In this document: in pieces, positions 49,729 through 60,084 of the stretch
How positions within the stretch are numbered: position 1 is the stretch's first letter
Layout: each line of letters opens with the position of its first letter
Assembly: GCA_036339735.1 (NCBI GenBank)
Contig: JAYZAL010000005.1
Coordinates: 1 to 64,000 of the forward strand
Source of the DNA: Candidatus Poribacteria bacterium
Lineage (GTDB): Bacteria; Poribacteria; WGA-4E; UBA9662
DNA: 64,000 nt
Reading direction: 5' to 3'
Translations under genes and position numbers: made by a program
Notes under the pieces: generated by a model
Database searches by the model: none
Told to the model about the DNA's origin: nothing
What the model saw: only the letters and a program-made list of their open reading frames with translations

Positions 49729-52269
49729 ATGCAAAGCACGTCCGGCCAAAACTCTGAGAAAGCATCTCAATATGCCGAAGTAGCATTCCCAATTCCCATA
49801 GACTTTAGGGGTTACAAAATTGATTCGGCATCAACTGAATATCAATCTACCTACACTTATATCATCCCATCTCACTTGTTATCGATAGCTCAAGTTGGTT
49901 GTCGTGTAATTGCACCTTTAGGTAGGTCTCGGCGTGAGGGTGTGATAATTGAACGCAATAATCAAACGAAGATAGACATTTCAAAAATTAAACTTAGAAA
50001 CTTGATTGACTGCCTTGAAGACACACCAAGTTTCTCTACAAATATGCTTCATTTAACTCGCTGGGTTGCTGAATATTACCTTAGTTCTTGGGGGGAAGTT
50101 CTATCGGCAGCAATACCTGGAGTTATTCGAACGAAACAAAAACAAATCTACAAGTTGATTGCTGACGCGGAAACTATTGCTAAATTTGGTTATCAAGCAA
50201 AATTACAACGACGTATCTTAGATTTATTACAGGAAGAAAATAATCTCACTCGTACTCAGATTTCTCGACGCTTACGTAGGCCTGAGTTAGCTTTGAGATC
50301 CCCTTTGTCTAGATTAGCACATGATGAACTAATCGAAGTGTCATCGAAATTTCAACCAAAAAGTCAAAACCAATATAAAAATCTAGTTAGTTTAGTCCAC
50401 AAGAAAACTGAAACAAAGGTGGCACTCGAAAAATTAAAGAATGCCCCGAAACAAACAGAAGTACTAGAACTACTGCTTGACTCAAATCAGAAAGATTACC
50501 CCAATTCGACCCTGATTGATCAAACTGGTTGTAGTCTTTCAACACTTAGATCTTTAGAAAAAAAGGGGTTAATCAGTTTTAAGCGAAAAAAAATAACCCG
50601 AAACCCACTGAGTTTGGAGCCAGTAGTCAGAACTCAGCCACTTCTACTCAACCCGGAACAGGATCAAGCCGTATCTTCTATCACCCAGTCAGTTGAAAAT
50701 GTAGAGAATACCACGTTCTTGCTACATGGCATCACCGGTAGTGGAAAGACCGAAGTCTACCTACAATCTATCGCTAAAGTTTTAGAAAAAGAGAAATCTG
50801 CAATCCTATTAGTACCAGAAATTTCATTAACTCCACAGACAGTCTCACATTTTGTAGGTCGGTTCGGTGATTTAGTAGCTGTCTTACATAGCCGTTTATC
50901 CGATGGTGAGCGTCACGACCAATGGCAACGAATCCGAAATGGTATAGCACAAATTGTGATTGGCGCGAGGTCAGCGGTTTTTGCTCCATTAGAAAATTTG
51001 GGTTTGATTGTTATTGATGAAGAACATGAAAGTTCTTATAAACAAGATAGCACACCTCGTTATCACGCCAGAAATGTAGCCGCTAAAAGGTCTGAAATTG
51101 AAAACTGTACATTAGTACTGGGTAGCGCCACGCCAGCATTAGAAACTTACAGGCTAGCCAAGCATAATAAATATCGATTGCTCACCTTGACAAATCGAGC
51201 TACGAAAGTTGGCTTGCCTGATGTTGCAATTGTCGATATGAGACAGGAGTTAAAAAGTGGTAACCGGACTATATTCTCACAAAAGTTAAAATCTAGCATT
51301 GTAGATCGCTTAAAAAAGAAGCAACAAGTAATACTTTTTTTAAATCGGCGCGGACACTCGAGTTATGTGTTCTGTAGAGAATGTGGTTATATCGAACGTT
51401 GTCATAACTGCGACATCTCGTTGACTTTCCATCTCACCCGAAAGCAGCTAATTTGTCACCATTGTGCCGCAGAGAGAGCTACCGTTGATCATTGTCCATC
51501 CTGCGGAAGTATGTATATTCGATATTTTGGCTTGGGTACAGAAAAAGTTGAGCAACAAGTTAAAATAAATTTCCCGCAAGCTCGCGTACATAGGATGGAT
51601 ATGGATACCACATCAACTAAAGATGGGCACCAAAAAATCCTACAAACTTTTCAGGAAGGAAAAATTGATATCCTAATCGGCACACAAATGATTGCAAAAG
51701 GCCTAGATTTTCCAAATGTGACACTCGTGGGTGTTATCAGTGCAGATACTTCTCTTAATTTGCCTGATTTTCGGTCAGGCGAGAGAACTTTTAATTTGTT
51801 AACTCAAGTGGCAGGCCGTTCGGGTCGTGGTCCACTTGGTGGAAATGTAGTCATCCAAACTTATCTACCCGAGCACCAAAGCATTCAAGCTGCGCAGACA
51901 CATGATTACATTCAATTTTACCAAGAAGAAATTGAGCAAAGACAGCATTTAAAGTATCCTCCATTCAGCCATTCGGCTTCCATTCTGATGCGTTGTAGAG
52001 ATGAAAAAGTACTTATTGAAAATGCGCATCAGTTGTTCGAAATATTTTCTCGTTTTCAGATCGAAACATTCATTGATGTTCAAATCCGTGGTCCAGCACC
52101 AGCACCTCTTTCCAAAATTAAAAACCAATACCGTTGGCACTTTTTAATTCTACATGTAGATCATTGTACGTTACTGAGGTTTTTAAAGAAATCCTTAGCC
52201 CATTACACTTCATTCCAACCGAAAGTCATCGACTTAACTATTGATATAGACCCAATTAATACCCTCTAG
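49729..52269 (+). CDS. priA: Primosomal protein N'
   Basis: GITGSGKTEVY, DEEHE, Cys-rich Zn region, GTQMIAKGLDF, QVAGRSGR. Confidence 0.98.
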   Translation: MQSTSGQNSEKASQYAEVAFPIPIDFRGYKIDSASTEYQSTYTYIIPSHLLSIAQVGCRVIAPLGRSRREGVIIERNNQTKIDISKIKLRNLIDCLEDTPSFSTNMLHLTRWVAEYYLSSWGEVLSAAIPGVIRTKQKQIYKLIADAETIAKFGYQAKLQRRILDLLQEENNLTRTQISRRLRRPELALRSPLSRLAHDELIEVSSKFQPKSQNQYKNLVSLVHKKTETKVALEKLKNAPKQTEVLELLLDSNQKDYPNSTLIDQTGCSLSTLRSLEKKGLISFKRKKITRNPLSLEPVVRTQPLLLNPEQDQAVSSITQSVENVENTTFLLHGITGSGKTEVYLQSIAKVLEKEKSAILLVPEISLTPQTVSHFVGRFGDLVAVLHSRLSDGERHDQWQRIRNGIAQIVIGARSAVFAPLENLGLIVIDEEHESSYKQDSTPRYHARNVAAKRSEIENCTLVLGSATPALETYRLAKHNKYRLLTLTNRATKVGLPDVAIVDMRQELKSGNRTIFSQKLKSSIVDRLKKKQQVILFLNRRGHSSYVFCRECGYIERCHNCDISLTFHLTRKQLICHHCAAERATVDHCPSCGSMYIRYFGLGTEKVEQQVKINFPQARVHRMDMDTTSTKDGHQKILQTFQEGKIDILIGTQMIAKGLDFPNVTLVGVISADTSLNLPDFRSGERTFNLLTQVAGRSGRGPLGGNVVIQTYLPEHQSIQAAQTHDYIQFYQEEIEQRQHLKYPPFSHSASILMRCRDEKVLIENAHQLFEIFSRFQIETFIDVQIRGPAPAPLSKIKNQYRWHFLILHVDHCTLLRFLKKSLAHYTSFQPKVIDLTIDIDPINTL

Positions 52270-52272
52270 AAC

Positions 52273-52302
52273 TTGACTCTGATTTCTTTGTTTCGGTACA
52301 AT
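52273..52302 (+). promoter_or_regulatory. Sigma70-type promoter for the iscS cluster
   Basis: TTGACT-N18-TACAAT about 50 nt upstream of iscS. Confidence 0.45.
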
Positions 52303-52352
52303 CTTAAGGCGATTGTATTTACCTATTTTGTGACTTCAGGCCTCTTATAACA

Positions 52353-53570
52353 ATGGAATCACCTATTTTTTTAGACCATCATTCCACTACGCCAATTGAT
52401 CCAGATGTTTTATCAGAAATGATACCGTTCTTGACTCAAAACTTTGGTAATGCTTCTAGTAATCACATTTTTGGTCAAGAGGCTCGCAGGGCCGTTGAAA
52501 AAGCCCGTACGCAAGTAGCAGACCTAATTGGGGCTAAACCACAAGAAATTATCTTTACCAGTGGGGCTACAGAATCTGACAACTTGGCTATCAAAGGTGT
52601 TGCGGAGAGTTATCATCGTCGGGGAAATCATATAATAACGACACAAATCGAGCATAGTGCGATCTTAGATACCTGTTACTTTCTAGAGAAATTAGGTTTT
52701 GAAACAACCTATCTACCCGTGGATAAATACGGCATGGTTGACCCAGAGCAGGTCGCGTCAGCTATTAAACCAAACACAATCTTAATCAGTATAATACATG
52801 CCAGTAACGAAGTTGGAACAATCAACCCTTTGGCTGAAATTGGCCAAATTGCTCGCCAAGCAGGCGTTCTGTTTCATTCAGATGCCGTACAGGCTATCGG
52901 AAAAATTGATGTTAATGTTGATCATTTAAATATTGATCTGATGTCATTGACAGCCCATAAAGTTTATGGCCCCAAAGGAATTGGTGCACTTTACATTCGA
53001 CGAAAAAAACCAAAAATCCGTATCAAGCCTCAAAACTATGGTGGAGGACAAGAAGGAAAAATTCGTTCTGGCACACTGAATGTATCAGGGATTGTCGGTT
53101 TTGGCTATGCTTGCCAAATAGCACAAACCAAGATGCAGAAAGAATCAGAACAGCTAATTAGCTTACGGTCTCGTTTGTACGAAGGACTCAAAGAACAAAT
53201 TGATTTTCTACATTTAAATGGTCACCCGCAAAAACGACTACCTGGGAACCTCAATGTCAGTATTGAATTTGTTGACAGTGTAACCCTATTGGAAAAGTTA
53301 AAGGATATCGCGTTATCTACAGGTTCAGCATGTTCATCCAATTCATCAGCACCATCTAAAGTTTTGACAGCTATGGGAATTGACGACAATCTCGCACGTA
53401 ATCCCATACGATTTGGTTTGGGACGAAGTAATACCAAAAATGAAATAGATTTTGTTGTTTCGCGAGTGGTAGAAGAAGTGAAAAATATGAGAGAGTCATC
53501 CCCTCTTTACAAATTAATGGGATCAGAAGTTGAATTATCTCCCCCAAATCGAATGAAAAGGGTTAATTAA
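52353..53570 (+). CDS. iscS: Cysteine desulfurase (IscS/NifS group I)
   Basis: FTSGATESDN, HSDAVQ, TAHKVYGPKG, RSGTLN, STGSACSS. Confidence 0.95.
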   Translation: MESPIFLDHHSTTPIDPDVLSEMIPFLTQNFGNASSNHIFGQEARRAVEKARTQVADLIGAKPQEIIFTSGATESDNLAIKGVAESYHRRGNHIITTQIEHSAILDTCYFLEKLGFETTYLPVDKYGMVDPEQVASAIKPNTILISIIHASNEVGTINPLAEIGQIARQAGVLFHSDAVQAIGKIDVNVDHLNIDLMSLTAHKVYGPKGIGALYIRRKKPKIRIKPQNYGGGQEGKIRSGTLNVSGIVGFGYACQIAQTKMQKESEQLISLRSRLYEGLKEQIDFLHLNGHPQKRLPGNLNVSIEFVDSVTLLEKLKDIALSTGSACSSNSSAPSKVLTAMGIDDNLARNPIRFGLGRSNTKNEIDFVVSRVVEEVKNMRESSPLYKLMGSEVELSPPNRMKRVN

Positions 53571-53573
53571 ATA

Positions 53574-54971
53574 ATGCTGAAACAATTTCCATTTATAGCA
53601 TTTACCTCATTATTATTTGTAGCCTTGATTATAATAGGTTGTGATGAAGGAGATATGGAAGACCAAGATAGCTTAGTTGGATCAGATGTTGACAAATCAC
53701 AATCAACATGGTCTTTGATCCAAGAGAACATTCTTCAACCAAACTGCGTTAGCTGTCATGTCGCCGGGAGTTCAGTTGCTCAGCAGACGGGATTAATTTT
53801 AACGGCAGACGAAGCCTACAACGAATTAGTAGACAAACCACCTAAAAATCCAGCTGCACTGGCTGACGGGTTGATGAGAATTGGCAGGAAAGGCCATGAA
53901 AGCTTAGCTAAGAGTTTCTTTTGGGAGAAAATTAATGCTCCTAACGAAGATCATTTCTATAATGATCACCCCGAGTATGGTGGAATGATGCCTCCACGCC
54001 CTGCTGAACCACTAACATATGGTCAGCTAGAATTTGTTCGTCAATGGATTATCCAAGGAGCGCCAGAAAGTGGAGTTGTCGCCGACGAAAAACTTTTGGA
54101 TGAAATGGATCGTTATACTCCAAAAGTATTCACATCACTTTCGAAACCGTTGAATGGAGTCCAACTTCACTTGGAACCATTCGAAGTCTTACCCAATTAT
54201 GAGCGTGAGTTTTACCAATTCCATGAACTAAACAACCCAGAACCTGTTTATATCAACAGGATTGAGATTGCGATGAGGCCTGGCAGCCACCACTTTATAC
54301 TATATACTTTTGGAGACCGAACCCCTGAAATATTTAAACCTATCCCAAATATAGACAGAGATCTAAGAGATGAGAGTGGTAACTACATTCTGCAAAATTT
54401 ACTCCCAATGCGTTACCACCAATTTTTTACAGGAACACAATGGCCTAAAATGGACTACCAATTACCAGAGGGTGTTGCTTTAGAATTGCCAGCTAATAGT
54501 GGCTTAGATTTAAACAGCCATTATGTTAACAGAACCGCGAATTCTCTGCGCGGTGAAGTCTTTGTCAATTTGCATTATCAGGATAAGAAGTCGGTAAAAC
54601 ATATTGCCAAAATCATCAGCTTTAATCATACCGACATTGAGTTGCCGGCAGGTCAAATCACCACATTAACCAAGGATTTTTATTTTCGAGAGGCTGCAAA
54701 TGTTTTCCAACTTTTTTCGCATGCGCACGAATTGATGACCGAGTTTCGTGTACAAGCAATTGGGGGACAAAGAAATGGAAAAGAAGTTTATTTTACTGAT
54801 GACTGGGAACATCCTCCCATCATGTCATATAATCCACCCATGAAGTTTGGGGTGGGCGAAGGGTTGCGTCTAATTGCCACTTATAATAATGTTCATAACC
54901 GAGAAGTAAACTTTGGTTTTTTGAGTACTGATGAAATGATGATTCTATTTGGCCTATATTATGAAGACTGA
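53574..54971 (+). CDS. Lipoprotein: cytochrome c domain fused to a copper type II (PHM/DBH-like) monooxygenase
   Basis: Lipobox IIIGC; CVSCH...GGMMPP; SHHF, LNSHYVN, SHAHELM, TDEMM. Confidence 0.75.
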   Translation: MLKQFPFIAFTSLLFVALIIIGCDEGDMEDQDSLVGSDVDKSQSTWSLIQENILQPNCVSCHVAGSSVAQQTGLILTADEAYNELVDKPPKNPAALADGLMRIGRKGHESLAKSFFWEKINAPNEDHFYNDHPEYGGMMPPRPAEPLTYGQLEFVRQWIIQGAPESGVVADEKLLDEMDRYTPKVFTSLSKPLNGVQLHLEPFEVLPNYEREFYQFHELNNPEPVYINRIEIAMRPGSHHFILYTFGDRTPEIFKPIPNIDRDLRDESGNYILQNLLPMRYHQFFTGTQWPKMDYQLPEGVALELPANSGLDLNSHYVNRTANSLRGEVFVNLHYQDKKSVKHIAKIISFNHTDIELPAGQITTLTKDFYFREAANVFQLFSHAHELMTEFRVQAIGGQRNGKEVYFTDDWEHPPIMSYNPPMKFGVGEGLRLIATYNNVHNREVNFGFLSTDEMMILFGLYYED

Positions 54972-55031
54972 TAGTGATTTTTTAACTCATCAAGAATTCA
55001 ATTTCTATAAACAAAACTGAATAGGAGTGAA

Positions 55032-55985
55032 ATGAAGTTATTTGGAAAAGATAATCAAGCATCAGGTAACCAAGCAGGAACTACAGAGAAGCGAAATCCT
55101 TCTAAGCAACACCCTGAGCTAAAAATAATCAGTGGAAACCAGATTTCCCCCCCCTCATCTTCACAGAAAGAAGTTCAACCCGAATCCCAAACAACACTCC
55201 TACCCAAAGTCAATCATGCAATTGCTATATCGAGTGGAAAAGGTGGGGTTGGGAAATCCACTGTGGCCGCAAATTTATCTTTGGCTATGGCAGGAAAAGG
55301 CTTTAAGGTTGGATTGATGGATGCGGACGTTTATGGTCCTAGCATTCCAACTATGATGGGAGTAAAACAACAACCTAAAATAACAAAAGAAAAAAAACTA
55401 ATACCTATTGACCAGCACGGCATCTCGTTGATGTCAATAGGTTTCATGGTAGAAGACGAGCAAGCGATGATCTGGCGCGGACCGATGTTACATAGTGCGA
55501 TGCGTCAATTTTTGGGCGATGTTATCTGGGGAGAGCTTGATTATCTATTTATTGATATGCCACCGGGGACTGGCGATGTTCAACTTTCTTTATCCCAGAT
55601 TACAAGTTTAAGAGGGACTGTCGTTGTAACAACGCCACAAGAGGTAGCACTTTCTGATGTTAAGCGTTCAATTTCCATGTGTAATCGAATGGAAACACCA
55701 TTATTAGGAATCGTGGAAAACATGAGTTATTATATTGACGATAGCGGTAAAAAGATAGAGATATTTGGTAATGGTGGTGGCAAAAAAATTAGTCAGAAAC
55801 TTGGCACTAACTTACTAGGCCAAATTCCGATTGACCCTCAGATCTGCCAATGTGGGGATTTGGGAATACCTATCGTTCTTGGGTATCCAGACTCACCACA
55901 ATCTTTGGTTTTTCAAGAGATTGCAGACGGTCTCGTGAACCAAATTGATCAATTGGATCCCCAAGATGAATTAGTTATCGAATGA
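55032..55985 (+). CDS. mrp: Mrp/ApbC/NBP35 Fe-S cluster carrier ATPase
   Basis: SGKGGVGKS, DADVYGPS, WRGPM, DMPPGTGD, VENMS. The usual CxxC after ENMS is absent. Confidence 0.93.
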   Translation: MKLFGKDNQASGNQAGTTEKRNPSKQHPELKIISGNQISPPSSSQKEVQPESQTTLLPKVNHAIAISSGKGGVGKSTVAANLSLAMAGKGFKVGLMDADVYGPSIPTMMGVKQQPKITKEKKLIPIDQHGISLMSIGFMVEDEQAMIWRGPMLHSAMRQFLGDVIWGELDYLFIDMPPGTGDVQLSLSQITSLRGTVVVTTPQEVALSDVKRSISMCNRMETPLLGIVENMSYYIDDSGKKIEIFGNGGGKKISQKLGTNLLGQIPIDPQICQCGDLGIPIVLGYPDSPQSLVFQEIADGLVNQIDQLDPQDELVIE

Positions 55986-56053
55986 GGAAAGTCATTTTTT
56001 CCAACTTCCAGTTCGATACTCGGATCATCTTAAATTAACATTTCGGCTTAAAA

Positions 56054-56644
56054 GTGTTTGTCAATAAGCAGGTTGATCGTCTAGAAAGCCGATACGGAAT
56101 ACCCAACAAGGATTGGTCCGAATGGGAGATGACAAAGAAGGAGTTCAATCTCGTCAAGGCTAGTATGCTGTCTGGTCGACAGCACGACGTCACTTTACTC
56201 ATTTTTCAGCGTCCATTTTTTAATTTTCGAAAAATTAGTATTGATAGTCCAATCGCCGTAATTCGAAAACCATATTACCAACCTGATGTCTATCGGCCAC
56301 CAAGCGGTGGTATCAGTCCCAGTGAAAATTTTGAATTCGGTGTTAAGAGAGAAGCAAAAGAAGAAACTGGTTTAATGGTAACTATCCATAGTTATCTACT
56401 AAGATCAAATGTGCGATTTACTTACTGCCATCAGGCAATTGACTGGCAGACGCATGTTTTTGTGGCTTCAACTTTAGATCGAGTTTTACATCCGACTGAC
56501 ATCAAAGAAATTTCTAATGCTCGATGGGTAGCTTGGGGAAAGTTGGAAACAGACCTTTTGAAAAAGTTGAAAAAAGCACCAAGCATAGGTCTACAGTACA
56601 GAGGCCATTTGCAAGAAAAAATAGTCGGATATTGTACCAGGTGA
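56054..56644 (+). CDS. NUDIX hydrolase
   Basis: Complete Nudix box G-GISPS-E-NFEFGVK-REAKEETGL. Confidence 0.9.
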   Translation: MFVNKQVDRLESRYGIPNKDWSEWEMTKKEFNLVKASMLSGRQHDVTLLIFQRPFFNFRKISIDSPIAVIRKPYYQPDVYRPPSGGISPSENFEFGVKREAKEETGLMVTIHSYLLRSNVRFTYCHQAIDWQTHVFVASTLDRVLHPTDIKEISNARWVAWGKLETDLLKKLKKAPSIGLQYRGHLQEKIVGYCTR

Positions 56645-56791
56645 GATCGAAATTGTTAGCTTAATGAAGTCGTCTGACTTTAGCTATCAACTAAACGGAA
56701 ACTAACACAAGTCCCCAAGGATAACCCGTTTTCTGAATAACTCTGGTAAATAAAAACAAAACAGCAGAATATTTTAGAACTAGAAAGACTC

Positions 56792-56820
56792 GGCACTTTA
56801 CCCTTTGAAGGTAAAGTGTC
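56792..56820. terminator. Hairpin between convergent genes
   Basis: CACTTTACC-N7-GGTAAAGTG perfect 9-bp stem, extendable with G-U and G-C pairs. Confidence 0.45.
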
Positions 56821-56866
56821 ATAGATGTTTTTTCGTCGTCCTGTAAACGATTTATTTATTTGGTGT

Positions 56867-58552
56867 TTAGTGTTCTACTGTCTGGCGCAATATACTTTGC
56901 TGTCCATGGTTGTTTACGAGACGATAGATAGCGGTATAAGTGCCAGGTCGAGTTATTAACTCATCAAGATTGATATTGGGCTTAAAGGCAATAGTTTCAC
57001 TTCCATCATTGGGAACCTCTATTTTTTGTGATGCTTTTTGTAATGGAATTTTTTCTCCTGAGGGGTTGAGAAATTTACTGTGGACTTCTATCCATTCAGG
57101 TCTTGGCTTAGTGTCTACATACATTATAATATCCTCGCCAATTACGCCTAACTTTGATAACGTTTTGCTTGTCGAATCGATGTCTTCCATGTAACCTCGA
57201 CCTGGAATTGGATACCAATTTCCACCTGTTGCTAGAGCGAGTTGTTTTATTGGTAGGTAATCAATTCCAATACTTTCAACTCGTACTCGTTTTTTTTGTA
57301 ATTTAGTGATAACTTGGTCTAGGGTATACGGGGATTGGCCATCATAATCCAAATCATGAAATGTGCCATCGGAGATAAAAACGAATATTGGCTGACTATT
57401 TCGGCGAAACCTGGTTTGCTCCAATGCTACCATGATGGCATCTAATCCTGATTCAGCTAAATCACCACCACCAACTATCTGGATTTTTTGCATCCACTTA
57501 TTGAACTTGCGAAATTTTTTCGTCAGACCATTAAAGTTGATGTACTGACGGTCAGAAAATGAAACAAGACCAACGGCAATGTCTCTTCTCGCTAAATGAA
57601 ATTGGTCTAGAAATTTTCCCATATAAGCTCGGATAGCTCTAATATTATCTGTCATACTAGCAGTTTTATCTAAAATGAAAACCAGATCAATTTTTTTGGC
57701 TCCTTCATCAGCGATCAAATTGACAGCTAAACGTCTCATTAGCGAAGGATAATCGCTCGCAGGTGAACTACCAATGGTAGAACTACTGGAAGACTGACCG
57801 CCACCGATTAGATTATCATTGATTAGACGCCCTTTTTGACTAGTATCTAAACCCATTTCAACTGAAACTTGAGGAGAATCTGATTTTAATTCCCTTGTTT
57901 TGATTTCTGATATGAGTGGTTGATGATTACTAGTATTATTCAGTTTTCCCAAATCTTTTTCAGCGGTGCCTAAAGTTCCATGAATGATTTTTCTTTTTAT
58001 TCTTTTCTGGGTTGTTTGTGTCGTAAAGGTCCCACTGGACGTAGTCAAAAAATTTTCAGGTTGAATTCCGGGCTCGTCTATCCTCATTGAGCTGTTAACG
58101 ACTTGATTAATCAACCTCTGTTCGGTTAGGAGGTGGTCTCTTTTTTTTAGTTCCGGGGATAAATCAAGAGACGAATCAGTAAGAAACGCTGGCTTTGGAC
58201 GCTTAATAGATTTATCAGTTGATTCTATTAATTTTGGTTTTAATACCGGATCGTTTATCTTCTCTAAGTTTAACTTAGTTTCGGTTAGTGCCTGATCGTT
58301 AGCCTTAGGTAAGGAATCAATTGGCCTTATGTATACGGTTTCTTGAGCAATTAAACCGATAAACTTACGCCGGCCCTCCAGATTTATACGAGAAACCAAG
58401 GGTAGCAAAATTAAATGTAGGAGGATTGAGGTGGAATAAGCCCAGTAACGTATTTTTCGATTTTTATCCAATGAAGCCGATTTCATTTGAAACTTAATTG
58501 ATTTGGATATCTTATTTTCGTTTACCTCAAACAGGATTGGTCCAACGAACAC
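56867..58552 (-). CDS. Membrane-anchored von Willebrand factor A domain protein
   Basis: SILLHLIL TonB-like anchor; long linker; MIDAS-like DKTASM; GGGDLAESGLDAI; VFISDG. Start uncertain. Confidence 0.8.
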   Translation of the reverse strand: MFVGPILFEVNENKISKSIKFQMKSASLDKNRKIRYWAYSTSILLHLILLPLVSRINLEGRRKFIGLIAQETVYIRPIDSLPKANDQALTETKLNLEKINDPVLKPKLIESTDKSIKRPKPAFLTDSSLDLSPELKKRDHLLTEQRLINQVVNSSMRIDEPGIQPENFLTTSSGTFTTQTTQKRIKRKIIHGTLGTAEKDLGKLNNTSNHQPLISEIKTRELKSDSPQVSVEMGLDTSQKGRLINDNLIGGGQSSSSSTIGSSPASDYPSLMRRLAVNLIADEGAKKIDLVFILDKTASMTDNIRAIRAYMGKFLDQFHLARRDIAVGLVSFSDRQYINFNGLTKKFRKFNKWMQKIQIVGGGDLAESGLDAIMVALEQTRFRRNSQPIFVFISDGTFHDLDYDGQSPYTLDQVITKLQKKRVRVESIGIDYLPIKQLALATGGNWYPIPGRGYMEDIDSTSKTLSKLGVIGEDIIMYVDTKPRPEWIEVHSKFLNPSGEKIPLQKASQKIEVPNDGSETIAFKPNINLDELITRPGTYTAIYRLVNNHGQQSILRQTVEH

Positions 58553-58624
58553 GGTTCAATTTTGAACGAGACTTAGATCGTAACATTCAAACACCTCTGG
58601 AATAATCTACCTTTGTTAAGATTT

Positions 58625-59980
58625 TTATTTGGCTTTTTGATCCATTACTACAGGGATAAATTCCTGTAGTAATTTTCCAGTTTTGAGATCAAACGTTCTC
58701 AGCCACCCATCAAATCCACCAGCCGATATCTGTTTTTTTACCGGGTTGAAGCTTAAAGCGAAGACTGCCGTTGAATCAGCAGTAATTACCTGTGATCGAT
58801 TACCATTTTCCGTTTCGTATATATAAACTTTTCCGTTATCATTCCCCGTAGCGAATCGATTACCATTCGGACTAAAAGCAACTACATTAACCGCAGCTAG
58901 CTGGCGATCAAAAGCACGAATTAAGTTGAAGTCTGTATTACCTACATCTCGACGAATAGTACGAAATATTTGATACAACCGAGGTATACCGTCCTCACCT
59001 GCTGCTAAAATTTGGTCTTTGCTAGGATGACGAGCCAAACTATAAATTTCTCCATACCCCTTATTACTAGCGTTGATATCGTCTATAAAGGACCCACTTT
59101 CAACCTCTATCAATTTTAAAGCCCGGTCTCTTCCTGTAGTCACTAAGTGGGTTCCGTCAACTGAGAATACTGTCCCTAAAACCCAATTGCTATGATTATC
59201 AAATTTTAGCTTTTCACTTAAATTACTAATTTGAAGTAAGCGAGCGGTGTTATCAGCTCCTCCATACGCAACGAGCTGACCATCGGGTGAAATAGAAACT
59301 CCATAAAGAGTGTCATTTGTATTTTGAGTAGACTGAGCCAGTTGATATGTATCGGTATTCCACACCTGTAGTTCCCCTGAAACAGCAGGGACACCACCCG
59401 AAACAACCAAGATTTTCCCATCTAGAGTATAGGCGATTGACTCTATTCGGTCAGATTTTCCGATTAGCCTAGCAATGAGTTCGGTTCCGTCTGCCCGATG
59501 AACTAACACTTCACCATAACCCGAGATCGCTAATTGTTGACCGTCTGGAGAAAATGCCAAAGCAGAAATAACCGGTGGTTTTTGGTATTTGGGTGCTTCC
59601 ATTAAGACTTTAGTTGACTTGATGTTCGTATCGTCGATAGCACCTTCCAAAATCCATTGACGAATTAAACTCACTTCATCCTCAGTCAACGGTTCCAAAT
59701 TGATAGGCATCTCTGGAGGATCACCAACGATGAAGTCAAAAATGATACTATGTTCAGGACTACCGCCAACAAAAAGAGGGCCTGTAGCTCCCCCCTTTTC
59801 AAAACCAGTATAACTAGTCAGGCTTAAATCACCCGCAGGGTCCTTTGGGTTATGACAACCTTGACAAGTGCGTTGTAATATAGGTTGAATTTGATCTTGG
59901 TAACTAACTCTTGCTACGGAGTAACTCACTCCAGAAAAAAGTAAGTAAACGAAGAGAAAATAGAGCCTCAGCACACCCAA
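58625..59980 (-). CDS. Planctomycete-type cytochrome c + WD40 repeat protein
   Basis: CQGCH...MP...IRQWILEGA; WD40 repeats (ALAFSPDG, VSISPDG, VAFSPNG). Confidence 0.9.
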   Translation of the reverse strand: MGVLRLYFLFVYLLFSGVSYSVARVSYQDQIQPILQRTCQGCHNPKDPAGDLSLTSYTGFEKGGATGPLFVGGSPEHSIIFDFIVGDPPEMPINLEPLTEDEVSLIRQWILEGAIDDTNIKSTKVLMEAPKYQKPPVISALAFSPDGQQLAISGYGEVLVHRADGTELIARLIGKSDRIESIAYTLDGKILVVSGGVPAVSGELQVWNTDTYQLAQSTQNTNDTLYGVSISPDGQLVAYGGADNTARLLQISNLSEKLKFDNHSNWVLGTVFSVDGTHLVTTGRDRALKLIEVESGSFIDDINASNKGYGEIYSLARHPSKDQILAAGEDGIPRLYQIFRTIRRDVGNTDFNLIRAFDRQLAAVNVVAFSPNGNRFATGNDNGKVYIYETENGNRSQVITADSTAVFALSFNPVKKQISAGGFDGWLRTFDLKTGKLLQEFIPVVMDQKAK

Positions 59981-60084
59981 TCACCTCAAACCTTGTTCTA
60001 CTCGACAGTCTATAGCAGCTTAACCCAGCTTTAAGCTGTTGTCAAAGAAAAGAAATTCTTGATTCGCAGCGATTTTTCAGGAGA

